This document shows, piece after piece, positions 26,545 to 34,201 of a DNA stretch of 44,018 nucleotides. Source of the DNA: Thermofilum sp. (lineage in GTDB: Archaea > Thermoproteota > Thermoprotei > Thermofilales > Thermofilaceae); assembly GCA_023269735.1 (NCBI GenBank), contig JAGDWA010000043.1:1587-45604 (forward strand), in the 5' to 3' direction. The position numbers and the translations under genes are program-made. The notes under the pieces are model-generated. The model saw nothing but the letters and a program-made list of their open reading frames with translations, was not told the DNA's origin and searched no databases. How positions within the stretch are numbered: the stretch's first letter is position 1; the number at the start of each line of letters is the position of its first letter.

Positions 26545-28038
26545 GTGGTGGGGGTGGCCGCCGAGCTCATCATCGGCTTCCGGCTCTCCAGGCAGCTCGA
26601 GAGCGCTGAGGCCCTCGCCCCGGCGCTGGTCAAGGCCAGGGGCCTCCTGGAGCGCATCGGGGCGCTCGTGGACGGCTGGGAGTACGACCGCTTCGAAAAC
26701 CTCCTCCTAGTCCGCCTCCGGGCGGGAAGGGAGGTCGCCAAGGAGGCCGAGAAGCTGATAGCCGGCGCGCTCGGCGGGGAGCTGGGGCTCGGGAGCGAGC
26801 CGGCCCCCCCAGCGCCCTCCGGCTTCGCCGTCGCGACGGAGGCCCTGCCGAGCCCGAGCGTGCTGGGCCTCCTCCTCAGGGCCTCTGCAGCCCAGCTCGA
26901 GGTCCCGGGCCTGAGCCGCGCTGAGGCGCTGGCGCTGCTGGCCTACTACGCCTGCGGCCTCGACGAGGTGAAGGCCCTCTTCGCCGCGGCCGTGCTGGGT
27001 GAGGAGCCTGCGCGCCTCCGCGAGGCCCTCGCGAGGTTGCGCGAGAAGGGCGTAGTGGGGAGCGACGGATCCCTCACGAGGGAGGGGGAGGAGCTCCTGG
27101 AGCGGCTGGCGGACGCGCTGAGGGCCCGGCGCCCCACGGAGAGCAGGGGGCAGCCCGCGATGGTGGTGGACGAGGAGGGCAACCTGGAGCCCTTCAGCCC
27201 CGACAAGCTGGCTTACTCGCTGTACAGCTGCGGGGTGCCCTACGGGCTGGTCTCCACCATCGCGCGGCAGGTGGAGGAGGTGGTCGGGGGCAGGCGGTAC
27301 GTCGGCAAGCGGGTGCTCGCGATGGTGACCCGGAGCCTGCTGGACGAGGCCTACCCGGCCGAGGGCATCGCCGAGAGGTTCTACAGCTACGTCTACGCCC
27401 TCGAGTCGGTCTACGTGAGCGTGGGGGGCGAGGTGAGGAGGGTCACGTGGGGGCTGCTGAGGAGGGTCAGCTCCGAGGTACTCGGCGAGCGGGGCTTGAG
27501 GCCGCCGAGGCGGCTCGTGCGGCGCCACGCGGAGGTGATCGCGTCCGAGCTAAGGAGCCTGGTCGCCCACGCATACCGCTACTTCGAGGGGCGCGCCCTG
27601 AAGCTGGAGGAGCTGCGGGACCTGGGGAGGCGCACGGCTCCGCTGGTGTCGTTCGCGTGGCTAGACCTCTCCTCAACCCCCAGGGAGGAGCTGGCCGAGC
27701 GCTACCGCGAGGCAGCGAGGGGCTACCTGTCGGCGGCCGCCGGGAGCAGGGACCTGGGCTACCGCAAGGAGTTCGTCGGAAGAGCCCTGCTCCTGCTCTC
27801 AGCCGGCCTCATGCTCAAGTACTCCCTGCTCCCCTCCAACAGCACGCCCCTCAACCTCAGCGCCCTCCGCGCGGAGCTCGGCAGGGCCCGGCTCCCCGGG
27901 GACGCGAGGGCCGCTCTGGCTAGGTTCTGCAAGCTGGGCGCCAAGCTGGCCCGCAAGCCGCTGCTCATCGGGCCGCGCGAGGCGCGACGCGTCGAGAGGC
28001 AGATAGCCGAGCTGAGGAGCCTGGCCGAGCGCCTCTAG
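26545..28038 (+). CDS. hypothetical protein with wHTH-like segment and ATP-cone-like domain
   Basis: The GTG start is 3 nt after the upstream stop. It contains LREALARLREKGVVGSDGSLTREGEELLERL, then MVVDEEGNLEPFSPDKLAYSLYSCGVPYGLVSTIARQVEEVV...VLAMVTRSLLDE (ATP-cone pattern) and a helical tail. Confidence 0.6.
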   Translation: MVGVAAELIIGFRLSRQLESAEALAPALVKARGLLERIGALVDGWEYDRFENLLLVRLRAGREVAKEAEKLIAGALGGELGLGSEPAPPAPSGFAVATEALPSPSVLGLLLRASAAQLEVPGLSRAEALALLAYYACGLDEVKALFAAAVLGEEPARLREALARLREKGVVGSDGSLTREGEELLERLADALRARRPTESRGQPAMVVDEEGNLEPFSPDKLAYSLYSCGVPYGLVSTIARQVEEVVGGRRYVGKRVLAMVTRSLLDEAYPAEGIAERFYSYVYALESVYVSVGGEVRRVTWGLLRRVSSEVLGERGLRPPRRLVRRHAEVIASELRSLVAHAYRYFEGRALKLEELRDLGRRTAPLVSFAWLDLSSTPREELAERYREAARGYLSAAAGSRDLGYRKEFVGRALLLLSAGLMLKYSLLPSNSTPLNLSALRAELGRARLPGDARAALARFCKLGAKLARKPLLIGPREARRVERQIAELRSLAERL

Positions 28039-28074
28039 CGCACGCTTTTTACCCCTCGCCCCGGGGAGGGAGCG

Positions 28075-29364
28075 ATGAAGCTCGTCTACCTCGTCATCGA
28101 CGGTGCGGCCGACTCCCCCTCGGACCCCCGGACGAGCCTCGAGGCCGCCAGGACCCCGGGGCTCGACAGGCTCGCGGCGATGTCGGTCTGCGGCCTCATG
28201 TACCCGATATCGAGGGGCGTGGCCCCGGAGAGCGACGCCGCGGTCCTGGCGCTGCTCGGCTACGACCCCCACGCCCACTACACCGGGAGGGGTCCCCTGG
28301 AGGCGCTGGGCGCCGACATCGAGATCAGGGAGGGCTACGAGGTCGCGTTCAGAGCCAACTTCGCGACCATCGACGAGGGGACGCTCGAGATCCTCGACAG
28401 GAGGGTGGGGCGCAGCCTAGGGAGCGAGGAGGCCCGGGAGCTGGCCAAGGCCCTCGACGGGATGGAGCTGGGGGTCTACGACGGCTACGCCCGCGTGAAG
28501 GCGACCGTGGGCCACCGGGCCGTCGTCGTCGTGGGCAGCGCGAGCCACAGGCTCTCCGACGAGGTGGACAACACCGACCCGGCCTACGCCAGAGTGGGCA
28601 AGATCTCAGTCGCCAGACCCACCTTCGATAAGCGCGTCGCCGAGTGCAAGCCGCTCTCCAACACCCCGGAGGCTAGGGCGACGGCCGAGCTGGTTAACGC
28701 CTTCACCAGGAGGGCGATCGAGGTGCTGAGCCGCCACCCCGTGAACGAGAGGAGGGCCCGCAGGGGCCTGCCCAAGGCCAACGCGATCCTCCTCAGGGAC
28801 GCCGGCGGATCCCTACCGAGGGTCGAGCCCATTGCGAAGAGGTTCGGCCTGAGGTTCGGAGCCGTCGTGGAGATGCCGGTGGAGAGGGGGATCGCCAAGC
28901 TGCTGGGCATGAGGGTGGCTGAGGTGGGCGAGCCCACCGGCGACAGGGCCCGCGACTACGGGGTCAGGCTGGAGGCCACCCTCAGCCTGCTGCGCGAGGT
29001 GGACGCCGTGTACGTCCACCTCAAGGGCCCCGACGAGCCCGGGCACGACGGCCTTGCGGACGCCAAGGCCGGGGCGATAGAGGCCATCGACGCCTTCTAC
29101 GTCTCGCCGCTCCTCGAGCGCGTCGACCTCGACGAGACGGCCTTCATAGTGACCGCGGACCACGCGACACCGCCCAGCGCCAAGGCCCACACGGGCGACC
29201 CGGTTCCCGTCATGATTCGCCTGCCGGGCGTCAAGCCAGACGGCGTCCGCCGCTTCACAGAGAGGGAGTGCGCGAGGGGCAGCCTGGGCGTGATCGAGCA
29301 CGGCTGGGAGCTCCTGCCGACCTTCGTCAAGCTGGCGCGCGGGCAGCCGGTGCCCCCGGCGTGA
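28075..29364 (+). CDS. apgM: 2,3-bisphosphoglycerate-independent phosphoglycerate mutase, archaeal type
   Basis: MKLVYLVIDGAADSP...RTPGLDRLA...YVHLKGPDEPGHDG...TADHATP is the ApgM/alkaline-phosphatase superfamily pattern. TATA-like GCTTTTTACC is at 28045-28054. Confidence 0.9.
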   Translation: MKLVYLVIDGAADSPSDPRTSLEAARTPGLDRLAAMSVCGLMYPISRGVAPESDAAVLALLGYDPHAHYTGRGPLEALGADIEIREGYEVAFRANFATIDEGTLEILDRRVGRSLGSEEARELAKALDGMELGVYDGYARVKATVGHRAVVVVGSASHRLSDEVDNTDPAYARVGKISVARPTFDKRVAECKPLSNTPEARATAELVNAFTRRAIEVLSRHPVNERRARRGLPKANAILLRDAGGSLPRVEPIAKRFGLRFGAVVEMPVERGIAKLLGMRVAEVGEPTGDRARDYGVRLEATLSLLREVDAVYVHLKGPDEPGHDGLADAKAGAIEAIDAFYVSPLLERVDLDETAFIVTADHATPPSAKAHTGDPVPVMIRLPGVKPDGVRRFTERECARGSLGVIEHGWELLPTFVKLARGQPVPPA

Positions 29365-29696
29365 GGGACCGCAGGTTCGCCGCGCTCTACTGGCTCTCGA
29401 AGCTGAGCGACGGCGTCAGCGTCACGGCGATCAACACAAACTCGCGGCGGGCCAGGAGGGTCGTCAAGCTGCTGGAGGAGCTCGGCCTCGCCAGGGTCGA
29501 GAGCTTCGGCCGGGTCAAGGTCGTCCGCCTGACGGAGAAGGGCGAGCGGGTCAAGCTCAGGCTGGCGGACCTCCTGAGGGAGCTCGAGGCCGCGGCGCCG
29601 CCGACGCAGCCGCTCCGCGCGGTGGGCGAGGGGGTCCCCGACTGGCTCCGCGGAAACCCCTGGCTCCGCGTGATCGGCGAGAGGGGGAGGGCGTGA
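29361..29696 (+). CDS. small winged-helix DNA-binding protein
   Basis: The GTG overlaps the apgM stop (GTGA). VSVTAINTNSRRARRVVKLLEELGLARVESFGRVKVVRLTEKGERV looks like HTH plus wing. Confidence 0.6.
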   Translation: MRDRRFAALYWLSKLSDGVSVTAINTNSRRARRVVKLLEELGLARVESFGRVKVVRLTEKGERVKLRLADLLRELEAAAPPTQPLRAVGEGVPDWLRGNPWLRVIGERGRA

Positions 29697-30256
29697 GGCA
29701 GGGGTACGTCACGGTGGGCAGGCTGCGGCTGTCGCTGGCCCACCTGAGGTGCCTGCGGCGCGAGGAGCTGGAGCTCTGGGTCGGCCGCGAGGAGGCCGAG
29801 AGGCTGGTCAGCCTCGCGTCGCGCCACAGGGTCCTGCTCAAGCCCCTAACGGTAGAGCTGAGGCACCCTGGGGGCAGCCTGGTGCTGTCGCCGGGACTCA
29901 CCCTCGTGGCGGGCGTCGAGTTTGAGCTGAGCGAGGAGCCCCTCCCCCTCGAGGGGCGCAACGACGACTTCCTCTGGGGCCTCTTGGTCGAGGTCCCCCG
30001 AGCCCTGGAGGCCGAGCGCAAGCCGGTGCTCGTGGAGGAGCTCGACGCCCGCTTCTCCCGGCACGTGGAGGACGGGGTGCTCTACGCGCTGGACATAATG
30101 GAGAGGGTCTGCAGAGTGTACAGGGTGCCCTTCGTCGTGACGGGCCCAGCGAAGCTTGCGGGCGCGTGGCGGTGGCTCCACACGATCGTCGGCGCGAAAG
30201 GGGTTAAAGGGGAGCGGCTGGTCGTCGTGGATGGCGAGGTGGCGGTAGTTGGCTGA
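29693..30256 (+). CDS. hypothetical protein (P-loop-less ABC/SMC-head-like remnant?)
   Basis: The GTG overlaps the upstream stop (GTGA). LVLSPGLTLVAG occupies the place where ABC/RecF-type ATPases have ...G.NGsGKS, and KPVLVEELDARF...VPFVVTGP resembles Walker B and the D-loop region. No Walker A lysine is present. Confidence 0.5.
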   Translation: MRQGYVTVGRLRLSLAHLRCLRREELELWVGREEAERLVSLASRHRVLLKPLTVELRHPGGSLVLSPGLTLVAGVEFELSEEPLPLEGRNDDFLWGLLVEVPRALEAERKPVLVEELDARFSRHVEDGVLYALDIMERVCRVYRVPFVVTGPAKLAGAWRWLHTIVGAKGVKGERLVVVDGEVAVVG

Positions 30257-31205
30257 CTGCACCCCTGTGAGGGAGCTGAAGGCCCCCGGGGTCGGGAAGC
30301 TGACGCTCGACAGGGTCGCCGAGGTGGTCGAGTGCGTGGAGGACCTGGCCCTCTTCAACCCGGAGGAGCTCTCCGAGAGGGCCGGGATAGAGCCGGAGAA
30401 GGCGGCGGCGATCGTGAGGGCCGCCAGGAGGCTCGCCCGCGAGAAGCTGGGGCTGAAGCGCGTCTACAGCGGCGCGGAGTACGCGCGGGTGCTGGAGGGG
30501 AGGGACGTGCTCACCACCGGCGTGGGGGCGCTGGACGAGCTGCTGGGCGGGGGGCTGAGGACCTGGGACGTCTACGAGTTCGCGGGCGAGTTCGGCACGG
30601 GCAAGACGCAGCTGTGCCACCAGCTCGCCGTCACCGTCCAGCTGCCGCCCAGCAGGGGGGGCCTGTCGGGCAAGGCGGTCTACATCGACACGGAGGGCAC
30701 CTTCAGCCCGCAGAGGGTCGAGGCGATGGCGGAGCGCTTCGGCGTGGAGAGGCCGCTGGACGGCGTCTACGTGATCAGGCCCCTCAACGTCGACGAGCTG
30801 GAGGAGGCGGTGATCGAGGACCTGCCGGCCCTGATGCGTGACAACGTGAGGCTGATCGTCGTGGACAGCATCATCGCGCTGTACAGGGCCGAGTTCAAGG
30901 GCCGCGAGATGCTGGCGGCGCGCCAGCAGCGGATCAACTACCTGCTGGACTGGCTCAAGCGGTACGCGCGCAGGTACGGCAGCGTGGTGGCGATGACGAA
31001 CCAGGTCCTCTCGCAGCCTGTGCCCTGGGGGGTTTCGATCAAGGTCCCCGCCGGCGGCAACATCATCGCCCACGCCTCGACGCACAGGCTCATCATTAGG
31101 AGGGCCGGCGACGCCTGGGTGATGGAGGTCCTGGACTCGCCGATCCTGGCGAGGGGGTCCTCGGCCAAGTTCGCCGTGACGGGGCGCGGCCTCGAGGACG
31201 CTTAG
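30249..31205 (+). CDS. radA: DNA repair and recombination protein RadA
   Basis: N-terminal HhH (LKAPGVGKLTLDRVAE...), Walker A FAGEFGTGKTQLCHQLAV and Walker B LIVVDSI. The start is either TTG 30249 (8-nt overlap) or GTG 30267. Confidence 0.9.
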   Translation: MADCTPVRELKAPGVGKLTLDRVAEVVECVEDLALFNPEELSERAGIEPEKAAAIVRAARRLAREKLGLKRVYSGAEYARVLEGRDVLTTGVGALDELLGGGLRTWDVYEFAGEFGTGKTQLCHQLAVTVQLPPSRGGLSGKAVYIDTEGTFSPQRVEAMAERFGVERPLDGVYVIRPLNVDELEEAVIEDLPALMRDNVRLIVVDSIIALYRAEFKGREMLAARQQRINYLLDWLKRYARRYGSVVAMTNQVLSQPVPWGVSIKVPAGGNIIAHASTHRLIIRRAGDAWVMEVLDSPILARGSSAKFAVTGRGLEDA

Positions 31206-31415
31206 CCTCGGTCCGGAAACCTTCTCTTCACGCTTCCGCGCTGCAATGGGTCTTCATCGGCGTGCGCAATAGCCGCGGCGGCAATTAAAGCTTTGGCTCG
31301 AGGCCCCGCCGCCCGGGGAGAGTTAGCACGCTTAGGCGCCGCCAGACGGGTGCGCCCCCGAAAGGCCCCCTCGAAGGGTTGAGCCCTCAAGTCGCCAAAA
31401 CGGGCCTTCGTACGA

Positions 31416-31427
31416 AAGCTTAAAAGG
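31416..31427 (+). promoter_or_regulatory. TATA-like box for the PH-ABC exporter gene
   Basis: AAGCTTAAAAGG lies about 31 nt upstream of ATG 31453. The track start GTG 31432 would be too close to it. Confidence 0.4.
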
Positions 31428-31452
31428 GCTCGTGGAGCGAGCCCCGGTTGGC

Positions 31453-33693
31453 ATGTCAGACCGCCGCGAGGACGATGCGCTACTGATATACCCCGAGCCC
31501 CAGAGGCTCCCCGAGAGCGTCAGGAGCGCCCTGGAGGGGGGCGAGGAGGTCGTCGCGCTGGCCAAGACCGACATGAGGGGCGGGGACTACGGCGAGGACT
31601 ACGTCGTCCTGACGAACGCCCGCCTCCTCGTCGTCAACGAGAGGCTCGTGGAAGCGCTGCCCCTGGACAAGGTGAAGTCCGTATCGATACGGGGCTACAT
31701 AAACACGTGCGTGCTCGTGGCGGAGGTGGACGGAGGGCAGCGCAGCCTGGCCGTCTTCACGAGGGGGAGGCTGGAGGTCTTCGACCGCCTCGTGGCCATA
31801 GCGAACAACATCGTGATCGGGAAGGTTCCGTACCAGCTGCTGAAGGAGCAGCTGCTGAACAGGGTGAGGGAGGAGGAGGAGAGGAGGCGCCTGAGCAGCA
31901 CGAGGGCCGCGATACTGCGCCTGCTCGGCCTGCTCAGGCCCATCGCGCCGGTGCTCGTGGCCACGGTGGTGGTCGCGGTGGCGATAAGGGTCGTCGGGCT
32001 CATCCCGCCCTACCTCATGAAGATCCTGGTAGACGAGGTTCTGACCAAGGGTAGGGCCGATCTCCTCCTCCACGTCATTCTGGGCCTGCTGGCCGTCAAC
32101 TTGGTCAACACCGTGCTCAACTCTCTCAACGCCTACATCAACACGAGGTTCAACGTCGGGGTCACGAACACCCTCAGAGCGCGCGTCTACAGGAAGCTCC
32201 ACGAGCTGTCGCTGACCCACTACGACAGGTTCGGCAGCGGAGGCCTGTGGTCGAGGATCGTGGACGACGTGAACAGGGTCCAGTGGTTCCTCTCTGTTGC
32301 CTTCGTCCCCCTCTTCATCAACGCCGCGATGGTCGCCTTCGTCGGCGTCACGCTGGCGACGCTGAACCCGTGGCTGACGCTGGTGGCCCTCACGCCGATA
32401 CCCGTGAGCGTGACCGCGAACATCATCTACAGGAAGACCGCCAGCCGCTACTACCACAGGCTGTGGCGCAAGTGGTCGAGGATCGTCTCGGTGATCTCGG
32501 ACACGATCAACGCTGCGATCCTCGTGAAGAGCTTCGGGAAGGAGGAGGAGTTCACGAGGAAGTTCGAGGGCTACCAGACGGAGTTCGAGAGGGCCCAGAT
32601 GGACGTGTTCAAGTTCGAGCAGCAGATCTGGCCGGCGGTGGGCCTCGCCTTCACGGTCAGCAGCCTGCTCGTGTGGTGGTTCGGGAGCAAGGACGTGTTG
32701 CAGGGCGCGATGACGCTGGGCTCGCTGATGGCCTTCACGAGCTACATGTGGCAGTTCTACTCGCCGGTCTTCGGCCTCATCGAGAACGTCAGGAACCTGC
32801 AGCTGCTGGGGGTCGCGGCCGGCAGGATCTTCGAGATACTGGACATCGAGCCCGACGTGAGGGAGCCGCCGGACGCGGTCCACGTCGAGCTCACGGGTAA
32901 CGTCGAGTGCGACAACGTCTGGTTCACCTACGACGGCATACACTACGCGCTGAAGGGCGTGACGACGAGGATCAGGAGCGGCGAGAGGGTGGGCCTCGTG
33001 GGCCCCAGCGGGTCCGGCAAGACCACGCTCGCGAAGCTCCTGCTCCACCTCTACGACCCCCAGGTCGGGAGCGTCAGGTTCGACGGGGTGGACGCGAGGA
33101 GGATCAAGCTCTCATCCCTGAAGGAGCAGGTCGCGATCGTGCTCCAGAACCCGGTGCTGCTCGACACGACCATAGCCGAGAACATAGCCGTCGGCAAGCC
33201 GGGGGCCACGCCCGAGGAGATCATAGCGGCGGCGAAGGCGGCGAAGGCCCACGACTTCATCATGCGCCTGCCCGAGGCCTACGACACCGAGGTCGGGATG
33301 CAGGGCTCCAGGCTCTCCGGCGGGGAGAGGGCCAGGGTGGCGCTCGCGGCGGCCCTGCTGAAGGACCCGAAGATCCTGATACTCGACGAGCCCACGGCGG
33401 CCCTCGACGCGCTGACGGAGGACGAGGTGACGGAGGAGCTGGAGCGCCTCACGCGCGGGAGGACCACCATCATCATAGCCCACAGGCTCTCGACGCTCCG
33501 CTTCACCGACCGGATAATCGTGATGGAGAACGGCAGGATCGTGGAGGAGGGGACGCACGAGGAGCTCCTGAAGAGGGACGGCCTCTACAAGCGCCTCTGG
33601 GAGGCCCAGCTGAAGGGCCTGATGCGCATGGGCGCGGCGGAGGTGGGTGGGGAGGCGAGGGGTGAGCTCGTTGCCGTCGCTCGGGCAGCTTAA
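31453..33693 (+). CDS. ABC-type exporter (TMD-NBD) with N-terminal cytosolic PH/GRAM-like domain
   Basis: The N-terminal ~130 aa (DYVVLTNARLLVVNERLVEALPLDKVKSVSIRG...LVAEVDGG...AVF) look bPH/GRAM-like. They are followed by a six-helix TMD, Walker A GPSGSGKTT, LSGGERAR, ILILDEPTAALD and IAHRLST. Confidence 0.85.
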   Translation: MSDRREDDALLIYPEPQRLPESVRSALEGGEEVVALAKTDMRGGDYGEDYVVLTNARLLVVNERLVEALPLDKVKSVSIRGYINTCVLVAEVDGGQRSLAVFTRGRLEVFDRLVAIANNIVIGKVPYQLLKEQLLNRVREEEERRRLSSTRAAILRLLGLLRPIAPVLVATVVVAVAIRVVGLIPPYLMKILVDEVLTKGRADLLLHVILGLLAVNLVNTVLNSLNAYINTRFNVGVTNTLRARVYRKLHELSLTHYDRFGSGGLWSRIVDDVNRVQWFLSVAFVPLFINAAMVAFVGVTLATLNPWLTLVALTPIPVSVTANIIYRKTASRYYHRLWRKWSRIVSVISDTINAAILVKSFGKEEEFTRKFEGYQTEFERAQMDVFKFEQQIWPAVGLAFTVSSLLVWWFGSKDVLQGAMTLGSLMAFTSYMWQFYSPVFGLIENVRNLQLLGVAAGRIFEILDIEPDVREPPDAVHVELTGNVECDNVWFTYDGIHYALKGVTTRIRSGERVGLVGPSGSGKTTLAKLLLHLYDPQVGSVRFDGVDARRIKLSSLKEQVAIVLQNPVLLDTTIAENIAVGKPGATPEEIIAAAKAAKAHDFIMRLPEAYDTEVGMQGSRLSGGERARVALAAALLKDPKILILDEPTAALDALTEDEVTEELERLTRGRTTIIIAHRLSTLRFTDRIIVMENGRIVEEGTHEELLKRDGLYKRLWEAQLKGLMRMGAAEVGGEARGELVAVARAA

Positions 33694-34156
33694 GCTGCTC
33701 GACCCATCGAGGGTCAGGGTGGTCGACGCCAGGCTCGACGAGCTGGACGTGGAGATCGACGGGCGCCTCTACAGGGGGGTCAGGCCCAAGCGCCCCTTCC
33801 CCTTCTCCCACCCCCAGATCGTGATCCTCTACAGCGGTGACGAGGAGCTCGGCATCCTCAGGGACTACAGGCGGCTGGATCCCAAGTCGAGGGAGCTCCT
33901 CGAGCAGGTCCTGAGGGTGATCTACTTCATGCCCCGCATCCGAAAGGTGCTGAGCATCCGGAGCGTCGAGGGCAAGTACGAGTGGAGGGTGCTGACGGAC
34001 AAGGGGGAGCTGACCTTCCAGACCTGGGGGCGCTGCGTGAGGGTCCTTCACGACGGGAGGCTGGTCGTGCGCGACATCTACAGCAGGGCCTACCTTGTCG
34101 AGGAGCCTGAGAAGCTCGACAGCAGGAGCAGGCTCTACCTGAGCATGATGATTTGA
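33647..34156 (+). CDS. DUF1854-like protein
   Basis: It overlaps the ABC 3' end. LKLLDPSRVRVVDA...GVRPKRPFPFSHPQIVILYSGDEELGILRDYRRLDPKSRELL... matches the family I remember as DUF1854, which is typically found next to ABC ATPases. The start is ambiguous (GTG 33647/33662, TTG 33671). Confidence 0.75.
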   Translation: MGRRGVSSLPSLGQLKLLDPSRVRVVDARLDELDVEIDGRLYRGVRPKRPFPFSHPQIVILYSGDEELGILRDYRRLDPKSRELLEQVLRVIYFMPRIRKVLSIRSVEGKYEWRVLTDKGELTFQTWGRCVRVLHDGRLVVRDIYSRAYLVEEPEKLDSRSRLYLSMMI

Positions 34157-34201
34157 GGGATTGCTTTATGCCTCCACCCGCCACGCTGCGGCGGGCTTGG
34201 C

